From the sequence record PZ386959.1: a stretch of 64,000 bases of DNA. One strand, 5' to 3'. The notes beneath the pieces are model-generated. The model saw nothing but the letters and a program-made list of their open reading frames with translations, had not been told where the DNA came from and made no database searches. The position numbers were made by a program, and so were the translations under genes. This document shows positions 46,981 through 56,206 of the stretch, in pieces. The stretch's first letter is position 1, and every line of letters starts with the position of its first letter. The stretch is from a phage.

Positions 46981-47222
46981 TGACTTATGTGATTTACTCC
47001 AAAACTGGATGCCCTCAGTGTGAGACTGCAAAGAATTTTGCAAAAGCTCGTGGTATTGACCATGTTGTGAGAATGTTAGGGCAGGATTATGAACTGTCAG
47101 ACCTGATGGATATTGCACAGATGCCAGTTCGTCAGATGCCATTCATCATGAAAACTGATGGACAAAACCTAAAACCTGTTGGAACGCTACAGAATTTTAT
47201 GGCAGAGGTGAATAATGCTTAA
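46980..47222 (+). CDS. glutaredoxin/thioredoxin-like redoxin (RNR electron donor)
   Basis: 80-aa ORF with CPQC active-site motif (MTYVIYSKTGCPQCETAK) immediately after nrdB. Confidence 0.7.
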   Translation: MTYVIYSKTGCPQCETAKNFAKARGIDHVVRMLGQDYELSDLMDIAQMPVRQMPFIMKTDGQNLKPVGTLQNFMAEVNNA

Positions 47223-47421
47223 ACGCCTTTGGGAAGGTCTGGTTGTTGATGCACCAGCCATTGTGATTGGTATGCTGATTGTTAACCTATTTACTGATTT
47301 TGAACAAGGTTCATTGTTTGGGGCCATGTTACTATGGGTTATCTTTGAAATATTAGAGATACAGTTAGGCATCACTGAAAAACTAAGAAAACTCGTTTCG
47401 AAGTTTTCTAAAAAGATTTAA
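47215..47421 (+). CDS. small membrane protein
   Basis: 68-aa ORF with two hydrophobic segments; followed by a terminator. Confidence 0.3.
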   Translation: MLKRLWEGLVVDAPAIVIGMLIVNLFTDFEQGSLFGAMLLWVIFEILEIQLGITEKLRKLVSKFSKKI

Positions 47422-47426
47422 AATGA

Positions 47427-47452
47427 AAGGGTCTCTTCGGAGACCTTTTTAG
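47427..47452 (+). terminator. rho-independent terminator upstream of nrdD
   Basis: Stem AAGGGTCTC / GAGACCTTT with loop TTCG, followed by TTTTTAG. Confidence 0.65.
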
Positions 47453-47469
47453 CATGTAAAGGGGCAATA

Positions 47470-49614
47470 ATGAACAAAGTACAGATTATTAAAAAGAATG
47501 GCTCACTCGAAGAACCTGATATCAAAAAAGTTTTAGCAGCAGTCACAAAGTCAGCTAATAGGGTTGGGTATAAAGAACTCCCACCAGATGTTACTCAAGC
47601 TCTTGAGTCAGCATTTATGAGGATTCTGGTAAAATCTACTAAACAGAATAATTTACTAATTTCGGTAAACGATATTCACAGTATTGTTGAAGGTGCTTTG
47701 GCAGAGGTCAATCACGAGATTTATGAGTCTTACTCAACATACAGAAATTACCGTAAAGAGGTTGCTCAAAATTGGGATGAACTTTACCAAAAGACTAGAG
47801 ACACACTCTTCTTAGGTGACCGTGAAAATGCTAACTTTGACAGCAGTTTAATTTCTACGAAAGGTTCAATTATCCGTGGTTACCTGACTAAAGAAATCTT
47901 TAAACAGTATCATCTAACACCAGAGGAACTTGAAGCCATTGAGAAAGGCTTTATCTATATCCATGATTTGAGAGACCTGATTTTTGGTGGTATTAACTGT
48001 TGCCTGTTTGACATTGGTAAAGTACTAAAAGGCGGCTTTGAAATGTCCGGCATTGAGTACTGTGAACCTAAATCTGTACTGTCAGCGTTGCAGGTTATTG
48101 GTGACGTAGTACTTTCAGCAACTGCACAGCAATTTGGTGGTTTTACTTTAGCAGAGATTGATAAGGTACTTGTACCGTATGCTAAGAAGTCTCTACGCTA
48201 TCATGCTGAGAAAGCATCATCTTATGGTATTCCTAAAGAGCATTACCACAATTATGTAATGGAGCAGTTACAAATTGAACTGACTCAAGGTTTTCAGTCA
48301 CTTGAGATGAAACTAAATACCGTACCTTGTAGCCGTGGTGATTTTGCATTCACAACTTTAACATTTGGTTTACTTGACTCAGATATGTCTAATGATGATA
48401 ATCGACTACAATACATGATTGCAAGTACTCTCCTAGATGTTCGTATGAATGGACAAGGCAAGAGCAAAAAACCTGTTGTATTCCCTAAACTGGTTTATAT
48501 TTATGACCAGAAGAGACATGATGAAAATATCTGTCAAGGTCACCTGTACAGTAAAGCTATTGAGTGTTGCTCTAAAGCAATGTACCCAGATTTCTTAAGT
48601 GTGTCTGGTCATGGTGCTGTAGCAGAGGCTTTTGAGCGTTCTGGTAAGGTAATTTCACCGATGGGTTGCAGAGCCTTTTTATCTCCATATCTTAATGAGG
48701 GTGGAGAAGAGTTCTACGTTGGTCGTGCTAACATTGGTGCTGTATCTTTGAACTTACCAATGATTTACCAGTATTCTAAAGAGAATGGCTTAGATTTCTG
48801 GAAAGAGCTTGATAAGTACCTAGAGATGATTCGTAGTTTCCATAAGAAACGCTACGAAATGATTGCTAATATGCCAGCAAGCTCTAACCCTCTTGCATTC
48901 ACACAAGGTGGTCTGTACAAAGGAACTAAGAAACCTACTGACAAGGTTGGTTGGGATATTGTGAAGTCCTTCACAGCTTCTTTTGGTGTTACTGCGCTTG
49001 ATGAGTTGTCTGTTCTTGCTGAAGGTAAACGACTGCATGAAGTTGGAAGCTATAGTTTTGCATATGATGTTCTGGCATACATTAACATGAAAACCGAAGA
49101 GTTTAAAAATGAAGATGGCTTCTTATATGCCGTCTATGGTACTCCAGCAGAATCACTTTGCGGAACTCAACTAAAACAGTTCAGAGATATGTTTGGCGTT
49201 ATCAAAGGCGTTTCTGACAAGGAATACTTTACAAACAGTTTCCATATGAATGTTGCAGCAGACATCTCACCATTTGAGAAGCAGGACTTAGAAGAACCAT
49301 TCTTCCATATCTGTAGAGGCGGTAGAATCCAGTATGTAAGAGTAGCTAACCCAGAAAACTTATCAGCACTTAAGAGCTGTATTACAAGAGGGATGTTGAA
49401 AGGTTTCTATCAGGGACTTAACTTTGACTTAGCAATCTGTGAGCATTGTGGTAACAGACCAAAATCAGATGTTGAAGAGTGTGAAGTTTGTCACTCACAT
49501 GATATCTCTGTGATTAACAGGGTGTGTGGGTATCTTGGGTGGACTAAGATTAAAGGTGAATCCCGAATGAACGATGCAAAAATCGCTGAGATTCGTGACA
49601 GAGTTTCTATGTAA
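47470..49614 (+). CDS. nrdD: anaerobic ribonucleoside-triphosphate reductase (class III)
   Basis: C-terminal glycine-radical motif NRVCGYLGW and a zinc ribbon CEHCGN...CEVCHSHD; 714 aa. Confidence 0.85.
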   Translation: MNKVQIIKKNGSLEEPDIKKVLAAVTKSANRVGYKELPPDVTQALESAFMRILVKSTKQNNLLISVNDIHSIVEGALAEVNHEIYESYSTYRNYRKEVAQNWDELYQKTRDTLFLGDRENANFDSSLISTKGSIIRGYLTKEIFKQYHLTPEELEAIEKGFIYIHDLRDLIFGGINCCLFDIGKVLKGGFEMSGIEYCEPKSVLSALQVIGDVVLSATAQQFGGFTLAEIDKVLVPYAKKSLRYHAEKASSYGIPKEHYHNYVMEQLQIELTQGFQSLEMKLNTVPCSRGDFAFTTLTFGLLDSDMSNDDNRLQYMIASTLLDVRMNGQGKSKKPVVFPKLVYIYDQKRHDENICQGHLYSKAIECCSKAMYPDFLSVSGHGAVAEAFERSGKVISPMGCRAFLSPYLNEGGEEFYVGRANIGAVSLNLPMIYQYSKENGLDFWKELDKYLEMIRSFHKKRYEMIANMPASSNPLAFTQGGLYKGTKKPTDKVGWDIVKSFTASFGVTALDELSVLAEGKRLHEVGSYSFAYDVLAYINMKTEEFKNEDGFLYAVYGTPAESLCGTQLKQFRDMFGVIKGVSDKEYFTNSFHMNVAADISPFEKQDLEEPFFHICRGGRIQYVRVANPENLSALKSCITRGMLKGFYQGLNFDLAICEHCGNRPKSDVEECEVCHSHDISVINRVCGYLGWTKIKGESRMNDAKIAEIRDRVSM

Positions 49615-49624
49615 AACTTGACAT

Positions 49625-49662
49625 GGTGGTGTGAGTCTTGATAGGCTTACATCACCTTTTTT
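49625..49662 (+). terminator. rho-independent terminator after nrdD
   Basis: 11-bp stem GGTGGTGTGAG / CTTACATCACC (two G-U wobbles) with 10-nt loop, followed by TTTTTT. Confidence 0.6.
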
Positions 49663-49676
49663 ATTGGAGTTGTATC

Positions 49677-50021
49677 ATGGACTTGTGGCTTTATGTAGCA
49701 GTTTGTGGCCTTGCATGTCTCATCATATTAATCATTATCGGTGTCATGCGTTTTAAAGACATTATTTGCTCAGATTTTTGGCCTGAGTTTATCTTTAAAG
49801 CTATGGTAGTGGTATTCCTTATATTTTGTGCTTTTGTTGTATATGATTCGTATAAGGTAATGGCATGGATGGATGCAAACAATTGTGTAAAAACCTCTCA
49901 AAACCGTGAGGTCACTTATTTTGTGAGCGTGCTTAGTGGGAGTACCACTATACTTGTTCCACAAACTTCTGTAGAATATCTTTACACATGTGATAATGGG
50001 AAAACTATATGGTGGAATTAA
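49677..50021 (+). CDS. membrane protein (two predicted TM helices)
   Basis: Start moved to MDLWLYVAVCGLACLIILIIIGV (RBS GGAG upstream) because the track start overlaps the nrdD terminator hairpin. Confidence 0.35.
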   Translation: MDLWLYVAVCGLACLIILIIIGVMRFKDIICSDFWPEFIFKAMVVVFLIFCAFVVYDSYKVMAWMDANNCVKTSQNREVTYFVSVLSGSTTILVPQTSVEYLYTCDNGKTIWWN

Positions 50022-50224
50022 TTATGTCTAAGCTTTTAAAGGTGTCGATACCCATACTGCATATAGCGGTATTCTTCATTGGGGTTAGTGTCACAGTATG
50101 GGGTTTCTCAGACCCACAATGGGAGTTTTCATATCAGGGTCAGATGGATTTGTGGTCATGCTTCAAACCATTTTTAGGGTTAACTATTGCATTTTCTGCA
50201 ATACCAACTAAGGTCAAATTATGA
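50009..50224 (+). CDS. small membrane protein
   Basis: 71-aa ORF with hydrophobic segments (IPILHIAVFFIGVSVTVWGF). Confidence 0.3.
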   Translation: MVELIMSKLLKVSIPILHIAVFFIGVSVTVWGFSDPQWEFSYQGQMDLWSCFKPFLGLTIAFSAIPTKVKL

Positions 50225-50616
50225 TTAAGTTAAGCCAAAAACAATTAGAGTGGATTAAAGATTACGCCTCAGAGTGTGGCTCTTGCGAAAAGAATCACGT
50301 AAAATACTCAACATTTCATACGACCTTCACATTGTATGTTGGTGACAACGTTCTAAGTGATTCCGTAGAAGATGGTGTAGCTTTGCCTAATGAATTACTT
50401 GACAAATTAGCTGTAGTCACTGGAACTTGGTCTGAAGAAGATGGTCACGGGCTATCTGACGATGTTGTCTTCTACAGTCTTGAAAATATTATGAATCCAG
50501 AGTACATTATGCTAATGACTTGTGCACAAGACTGTGTGCCATTACAAAACTTCATTAAAGAGCACTGCGAAGAGTTTATTACTAAACAGGTTCCTTGTCA
50601 GGTGGTGTTTGAATGA
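50221..50616 (+). CDS. hypothetical protein
   Basis: 131-aa ORF; Cys-containing; no motif recognised. Confidence 0.3.
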   Translation: MIKLSQKQLEWIKDYASECGSCEKNHVKYSTFHTTFTLYVGDNVLSDSVEDGVALPNELLDKLAVVTGTWSEEDGHGLSDDVVFYSLENIMNPEYIMLMTCAQDCVPLQNFIKEHCEEFITKQVPCQVVFE

Positions 50617-50912
50617 GTAAAACAATTCGAAGAAAAGGTTTGAAGAACGTTCATGGACTCTATGAGTGGAGAAATGAGGTACGTAACAGAGAAAATGCTT
50701 CAGATGTCTACTTCCATTCTGATATGATGTCCAGAAAAGGTGGCTCTTATGACTTCACAAGCCAGCCTTGTAGGGAGATTAAGAAGGCTACTAAACGTCT
50801 TACAAGAACACAAATCAGGCAGCTTTCTAAGACATCCTTCTTAGACGAAGACTTTGACATTGATAGTAAGTCTCCAAAGAAAGCCGCTAAGAACACTTAT
50901 ATGTATTGGTGA
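50613..50912 (+). CDS. hypothetical basic protein
   Basis: 99-aa ORF. Confidence 0.3.
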   Translation: MSKTIRRKGLKNVHGLYEWRNEVRNRENASDVYFHSDMMSRKGGSYDFTSQPCREIKKATKRLTRTQIRQLSKTSFLDEDFDIDSKSPKKAAKNTYMYW

Positions 50913-50921
50913 GGTAACTAG

Positions 50922-51407
50922 ATGAATTACATGGAGATTCGACCATTTGACACAGCTAATGGTGAAGGGGTTCGTGTAAGCCTCTTCGTAGCTGGTTGTA
51001 AGCATCACTGTGAAGGCTGCTTTAACAGGGAGTCTTGGAAGTTTAATGCTGGTAAAGTGTTTACTTATGCAAACCTCTACGGCATCATTAAATTAATGGA
51101 TGATGAGGCCATCAGTGGGTTGTCAATACTTGGTGGAGAGCCTCTGGATGATAGAAATATTCAAGAGGTTACCAACATATGCAAACGTATTAAAACAGTT
51201 TACCCAGAGAAGTCTATATGGCTCTGGACAGGTTTTCAACTACACGAAAAAATTCACTTAGATGTGATGAAATATGTTGACGTGGTGATTGATGGTAAGT
51301 ATGATTCATCTAAACCAACAGTCAAACCTTATCGTGGTTCTGATAACCAAAACCTCTGGAGAAAAGAGTATGGGTGGCAAGGTGATTGTCAATGGCGAGC
51401 AGAATAA
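50922..51407 (+). CDS. nrdG: anaerobic RNR activating protein (radical SAM)
   Basis: Radical-SAM cluster motif CKHHCEGC (Cx3Cx2C) near the N-terminus; 161 aa. Confidence 0.8.
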   Translation: MNYMEIRPFDTANGEGVRVSLFVAGCKHHCEGCFNRESWKFNAGKVFTYANLYGIIKLMDDEAISGLSILGGEPLDDRNIQEVTNICKRIKTVYPEKSIWLWTGFQLHEKIHLDVMKYVDVVIDGKYDSSKPTVKPYRGSDNQNLWRKEYGWQGDCQWRAE

Positions 51408-51488
51408 ATTTAAATGTTGGTGACAGTATTGTTGGTGTCACTGAAAAGAACTTAAAACATTTTGTGAAAAGATTGAGAGAGATATGAA

Positions 51489-51746
51489 ATGGGACTCTGG
51501 AATAGTTTTAAATCAAAAGTAAAAGCAGCACTAGCTTCATTAGGTATGCTCACTGGTGTTGATGTGGCTCATCTTATGCAGAACTTCAAGATGGATGAGA
51601 AGCTGGCTAATGAGATTATGAAAAGTATCTATGTAGGCCGTGGTAAAGGTGGTAAGAAACAAGCACATCGACCAACTGGTGCAGCAGCAATTAAACGTGC
51701 AGCTAAGAAAGCTCGTAACCGTAAACGTAACAAGAAGGCTAAATAA
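51489..51746 (+). CDS. small protein with highly basic C-terminal tail
   Basis: C-terminus GRGKGGKKQAHRPTGAAAIKRAAKKARNRKRNKKAK suggests nucleic-acid binding. Confidence 0.3.
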   Translation: MGLWNSFKSKVKAALASLGMLTGVDVAHLMQNFKMDEKLANEIMKSIYVGRGKGGKKQAHRPTGAAAIKRAAKKARNRKRNKKAK

Positions 51747-51748
51747 TC

Positions 51749-52069
51749 ATGAGCAAAGTTTATAACACTCGTAAATTACAGATTTTCGTACTGTGCCAGT
51801 TTATGGCTAAAGAGCATAACTACTACTATTGTGGTACAGGATTCATTAGTGATAATGACGGCTCATATCTACCATTCAAAGAGGCTGTAAAGCTCTTCAA
51901 TGAAGAGAAAAGCTCTAAGAAAGATATTGAAAAGGTTAAGCTAACCTACAGCAAGAAAGACAAGAAGATTATCTGCCTAGATAACTTTGTAAAAGTTACT
52001 GGAGAAGCAAAAGAGTTTATGGATGAGAGTGAGATTTCATTCACAAGCATCTTGAAAGTAGCTCAGTAA
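51749..52069 (+). CDS. hypothetical protein
   Basis: 106-aa ORF followed by a terminator. Confidence 0.3.
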   Translation: MSKVYNTRKLQIFVLCQFMAKEHNYYYCGTGFISDNDGSYLPFKEAVKLFNEEKSSKKDIEKVKLTYSKKDKKIICLDNFVKVTGEAKEFMDESEISFTSILKVAQ

Positions 52070-52082
52070 AAAGATACTATAA

Positions 52083-52108
52083 GGGGACTGTAAAGGTTCC
52101 CTTTTTAT
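52083..52108 (+). terminator. rho-independent terminator
   Basis: Stem GGGGAC / GTTCCC with loop TGTAAAG, followed by TTTTTATTTTT. Confidence 0.55.
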
Positions 52109-52123
52109 TTTTGTGGAGATACT

Positions 52124-52639
52124 ATGTACCTGTCAAACCTGAAACGTTCTGCTGCAATATCTGTTCTGAGACTAAGCTTTGAAGAGCGTCAAGAGTTCAT
52201 TGATTCTCACCAATATGACCCTTCCAATTCCAATCACATGATTCTCTGGAACCGTGATAACTTCCGTGAAAGAGCACTTGTCCGTTATTACCCACACTAC
52301 ACAATAGATAACCTGTATGAATGGTGTGTTGTGAAGAACACTATTGCAACACTTAACAATCTTTGCAGGTATACAGGCAAGCAAACATTTACACTAGGTC
52401 ACCACAAGCCTGTTACAAAAGGTGGTGAACATCACTGTGCAAACTGGTTTATCCAAACTAAAGCTGATAACCAGAAGCAAGGAGATAGACTCCTAAGCAT
52501 CCCTAAGATGACCTATGAAGAGCAAGAGAGATATATCAAAAATAATATGCCAGATGTGCTTGACAACAACTATACAGATTTGGCAATATCTCTCCTGTTG
52601 AAGTTCGAGACAGTTTATAGGGCAACTTACAATGGCTAA
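52124..52639 (+). CDS. HNH endonuclease-like protein
   Basis: Segment LGHHKPVTKGGEHHCANWFIQTKADNQKQG fits the HNH (His-Me finger) pattern H-H...N...H/N. Confidence 0.5.
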   Translation: MYLSNLKRSAAISVLRLSFEERQEFIDSHQYDPSNSNHMILWNRDNFRERALVRYYPHYTIDNLYEWCVVKNTIATLNNLCRYTGKQTFTLGHHKPVTKGGEHHCANWFIQTKADNQKQGDRLLSIPKMTYEEQERYIKNNMPDVLDNNYTDLAISLLLKFETVYRATYNG

Positions 52640-52910
52640 AGAGAAGTGGGAAATTTTACCATTAGTGAGTGAAGGCGGTAACGGTTGTGAGATGTACATG
52701 ATACGTGGTCATGTACCAGAACCAATTGCACTTGAGATGGTAAACAATTTTACAGATGGCTCTTACAAAGATTTAGGAGAGCCAACTATAAAGCATCAAT
52801 GGGTCAAACCTGTACCAGACAGCACAGGTAACTGTAGTGTACTTTATCACGTTGTAGACCCTGCAAAATGCAAATCTGCAATGGCAGTAACAAACGTAAC
52901 TTTTGATTGA
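52632..52910 (+). CDS. hypothetical protein
   Basis: 92-aa ORF overlapping both neighbours. Confidence 0.3.
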   Translation: MAKEKWEILPLVSEGGNGCEMYMIRGHVPEPIALEMVNNFTDGSYKDLGEPTIKHQWVKPVPDSTGNCSVLYHVVDPAKCKSAMAVTNVTFD

Positions 52911-53803
52911 GAGAGAAAACTATGAAAACTGTTATTGAAGTCGTTGTCACCGCACAAGAGAAATTCTTCCACACAGAAAAATTTAATATCATCCAATTCC
53001 CATCTGGAGAAATTGGTGGAAACTTCTCTGAAGAATTTGTTAAGTTTACTGAGCGTAATGCTGGTAAGATTGACAATGTTATACTTACTGTGCAGGGATA
53101 TGATAAAGATACTCTGTTTGCATTAGCTTTGGCTAAGGATGCCGTTGACAGTCTTGTTCCATATAAGTCAGCGATGAAAACCGTTGTTTTCGGGTTCTTA
53201 CCAAATGCTCGGTATGACCGCCATATGTTCAAAGGTGATTCAGCAGCACTGAAAGCTTTTGCCAACCTCGTTAATGCAATGGGTTTTGATGCAGTATGTG
53301 CTCTTGACCCTCACAGTAATGTTGCAGAAAACTTATTTAAGTGCTTTCAGAGCATGAAGCAAAAAGATGTAGCAGTACACTTTGCAAGTGACCCACGCAT
53401 TGATTTCTTGGTAGCCCCAGATGCAGGCGCAGCTAAGAAGACTGAAGAGGCTGCTAAAGAGGTGGATAAACCATATATCACAATGTCTAAAGTGCGCAAT
53501 CTTAAGACTGGAGAAATCACTGGTATGCGAATCCTTGACGATGTTGATTTGACCGATAAAACTGTCATGATTCTCGATGATATCTGTGATGGTGGTCGAA
53601 CCTTCATAGAGGCAGCTAAACATCTTCGTGAAGCAGGTGCAAAACGTGTGGAACTCTATGTAACTCATGGCATTTTCTCTAAAGGGGTTGAAAACTTACT
53701 TGACAATGGTATTGACCATATCTACACTACAAACTCTTTAGGAGAAGCTAAAGACCGTGGCTTAACACATTATGCCCAAGTTACTGTAATTACCATTGAT
53801 TGA
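52907..53803 (+). CDS. ribose-phosphate pyrophosphokinase (Prs) family protein
   Basis: Matches Prs blocks: FGFLPNARYDRH (cf. FGYARQDR), LDPHSN (cf. DLHA), and the PRPP-binding loop VMILDDICDGGRTFIEAAKHLREAGAKRVELYVTHGIFS (cf. VLVDDMIDTGGT...THPIFSG). Confidence 0.8.
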   Translation: MREKTMKTVIEVVVTAQEKFFHTEKFNIIQFPSGEIGGNFSEEFVKFTERNAGKIDNVILTVQGYDKDTLFALALAKDAVDSLVPYKSAMKTVVFGFLPNARYDRHMFKGDSAALKAFANLVNAMGFDAVCALDPHSNVAENLFKCFQSMKQKDVAVHFASDPRIDFLVAPDAGAAKKTEEAAKEVDKPYITMSKVRNLKTGEITGMRILDDVDLTDKTVMILDDICDGGRTFIEAAKHLREAGAKRVELYVTHGIFSKGVENLLDNGIDHIYTTNSLGEAKDRGLTHYAQVTVITID

Positions 53804-53849
53804 AACTTTATAGGGGCTTCAAAGCCCCATTTTGAGAGAGATTAAAAAG

Positions 53850-55631
53850 ATGACTAAATCACTTTATGCAGTACCAGCAGGTTTAAACGCAGATGCTTAC
53901 AAATCTGGTCACATTTACCAGTACCCTAGTGCAACAGAGTACTTGATGTTTAACCTGACACCACGTAGTGACAAATGGTTTAACAGTCCCTTAGCAATTG
54001 ATGGTGTGGTTGCTTTTGGTATTCAACGTTTTGTTAAAGATTACTTGATAGACCACTGGAACGCCACCTTCTTTGAACGTGACAAAAAAGAAGCAATTGA
54101 CGAAATCTTAGAAGTCATGAACGGTGTTCTGGGTAAAGATGCTATTGGTCGAGAACATTGGGAAGCACTCCATGACTTAGGTTATCTTCCAGTTGAAGTA
54201 TACGCTGTAGAAGAAGGCACAGTTGTCCCTATGCGTGTACCAATGATTGTCTTCCAGAACACTGTCTCAGGTTTCCATTGGGTAGCGGGGTATCTGGAAG
54301 ATGCTTTCTCTGCTGAGATTTGGAAGGCTTGTACCATTGCAACTATTGCATTGCACTACAAACGTATTTGTAAGAAGTGGTCTGACCTTACTTGTGACAA
54401 TGACTTACATTTGCCTTATCAGTGCCATGACTTTGCTATGCGTGGTATGTCTGGCTTTACTGATGACGCATTTAATGCTGTAGGTCACTTAACCAGCTTT
54501 AAAGGGACTGATAGCTTCCCTGCTGTATACACGGCTAAACGCATCTATGGGCAGTCCTACCCAATCTCTGATATTGGTAGTTCTGTACCAGCCACTGAAC
54601 ACTCTGTAATGTGTGCAAACATTGCTTGGGAAGGTGGTAATGAGTTGATTGAAGAAGAAAGACGCTTTAAAGGTGAGTTACAAACCTTCCGTCGTTTCTT
54701 AACAGAAACTTACCCAACTGGTATTGCAAGTGTTGTTTCAGATACTTATAACTTCTGGAGAACTGTATCAGTTATATTACCAGAACTTCGTAAAGAGATT
54801 ATGGAACGTGATGGTAAACTGGTAATTCGCCCTGACTCTGGAGACCCTGTACATATTGTCACAGGTTATAAAGCAATCCACTTAGAATGTGCTAAGAAGG
54901 CTTATTACGAGCACCTAAGCAAGCTGGAAGCTAGTGACACAATGTTGAATGCTGTTCTGAACATGAAGCTTGAAAACATCAACTATGGCATTGCTGGATG
55001 GCTACTGTCAGAAGGATACGAAATGGTTGTTGACAGAGAAGACTTTGAAGTTGCTGATACAGTGATGTTGAAAAATGCTTATATGGTTGGTTCTGCAAAC
55101 GTTGTAACACGTCCTGTAGCTGAGATTGATGGAGCTATTAAGACACTGTACAACATCTTTGGTGGAGCTATTAACTCTAAAGGGTTTAAGGTACTGGATG
55201 AGCATATCGGCCTTATCTATGGTGACTCTATCACTCTGGAACGTGCAAACGAAATCCTGAAGCGTCTGTATGAAATGGGTTTTGCAAGCTCTAACGTAGT
55301 GTTTGGTGTAGGCTCTTACACTTACCAGTACATGACTCGTGACACCTTTGCATTTGCTGTCAAAGCAACTCTTGCAAGCATTGGTGGTAAAGAGATTATG
55401 CTTGCAAAAGACCCTAAAACAGATAGTGGTGTTAAGAAATCTGCCTTTGGTGGTGTAGCACCTATGTGGGATGGTGATAAGCTGAAAGCTGTAGATGGCT
55501 ATGGATTCCAGAGTTTTGCAGATGTACTTGACCACCCAGCTTGTGCTTTACGTTTAGTCTTTAGTGACTCTGAGCAGTTTGGTTACACAACTCTTGGTGA
55601 TATTCGAAATAATATTGACAAGCAGCTTTAA
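53850..55631 (+). CDS. nadV: nicotinamide phosphoribosyltransferase (NadV/NAMPT) family protein
   Basis: N-terminal ADAYKSGHIYQYP matches the NAMPT TDSYKVTHYKQYP signature; about 593 aa; start set at the ATG (MTKSLY) rather than the upstream TTG used by the track. Confidence 0.8.
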   Translation: MTKSLYAVPAGLNADAYKSGHIYQYPSATEYLMFNLTPRSDKWFNSPLAIDGVVAFGIQRFVKDYLIDHWNATFFERDKKEAIDEILEVMNGVLGKDAIGREHWEALHDLGYLPVEVYAVEEGTVVPMRVPMIVFQNTVSGFHWVAGYLEDAFSAEIWKACTIATIALHYKRICKKWSDLTCDNDLHLPYQCHDFAMRGMSGFTDDAFNAVGHLTSFKGTDSFPAVYTAKRIYGQSYPISDIGSSVPATEHSVMCANIAWEGGNELIEEERRFKGELQTFRRFLTETYPTGIASVVSDTYNFWRTVSVILPELRKEIMERDGKLVIRPDSGDPVHIVTGYKAIHLECAKKAYYEHLSKLEASDTMLNAVLNMKLENINYGIAGWLLSEGYEMVVDREDFEVADTVMLKNAYMVGSANVVTRPVAEIDGAIKTLYNIFGGAINSKGFKVLDEHIGLIYGDSITLERANEILKRLYEMGFASSNVVFGVGSYTYQYMTRDTFAFAVKATLASIGGKEIMLAKDPKTDSGVKKSAFGGVAPMWDGDKLKAVDGYGFQSFADVLDHPACALRLVFSDSEQFGYTTLGDIRNNIDKQL

Positions 55632-55644
55632 AAGTATATGATAA

Positions 55645-55670
55645 GAGGCTCCTACGGGAGCCTTTTTAAT
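55645..55670 (+). terminator. rho-independent terminator after nadV
   Basis: Stem AGGCTCC / GGAGCCT with loop TACG, followed by TTTTTAATTT. Confidence 0.65.
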
Positions 55671-55684
55671 TTCTGGAGAAGACT

Positions 55685-56020
55685 ATGAAAATCAAAGAAA
55701 TGAACATCAACATTGTCTTAGAAGAACGTTGGGAGAACATCAAGAAGACTGAAGATGGTCATAAGTTCCTCAACAAAATTTTAGTAGCAGCTAAAGAAGA
55801 ACTGACTGGAAAGGTTGCAGCAGCAATCACAATAAAGGTTTGTGTAAAAGGTCTTCCACAACATCACCAGTTTGCGCTTGACGAGTTTAAAGAAAGCTTC
55901 TACAATCCAAACAAACAGATGCTTGAAAGTAACTTTGCAGTGTCTACAAGTATCGTCCATGACAGAAGCTTTATCCTTTACAAGAATATGAGAGGTGAGT
56001 CATGCAAGCATATTGGATAG
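55685..56020 (+). CDS. hypothetical protein
   Basis: 111-aa ORF after the nadV terminator. Confidence 0.3.
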   Translation: MKIKEMNINIVLEERWENIKKTEDGHKFLNKILVAAKEELTGKVAAAITIKVCVKGLPQHHQFALDEFKESFYNPNKQMLESNFAVSTSIVHDRSFILYKNMRGESCKHIG

Positions 56021-56178
56021 AAATTTTACTGTCACTTGGTAGTGTAGCAGTATTTGTCTACCTCCTTTGTAAGTACTTTGCAGAGCACAAAAAATGTGAC
56101 TACTGTAATGGAGAGGGGTACATAAGGGCAGGTTGTTGCCCTATGTGTGGTGGTTCTGGTAAAATGTTTAATAAGTAA
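56002..56178 (+). CDS. small membrane-anchored DnaJ-type zinc-finger protein (58 aa, absent from the ORF track)
   Basis: ATG at 56002 preceded by AGAGGTGA; translation MQAYWIEILLSLGSVAVFVYLLCKYFAEHKKCDYCNGEGYIRAGCCPMCGGSGKMFNK has one TM helix and two CxxCxGxG motifs. Confidence 0.45.
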   Translation: MQAYWIEILLSLGSVAVFVYLLCKYFAEHKKCDYCNGEGYIRAGCCPMCGGSGKMFNK

Positions 56179-56206
56179 TTTAACAGTAAACTAAGAGGAA
56201 AGTATT

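Noticed and set aside
53814-53835. Promoter between the Prs-like and NadV-like genes
   Set aside because: A TTGAAA hexamer at 53800-53805 has no acceptable -10 element at 16-18 nt; the hairpin GGGGCTTCAAAGCCCC with an interrupted U-tract is at most a weak attenuator, so the two genes are treated as co-transcribed.
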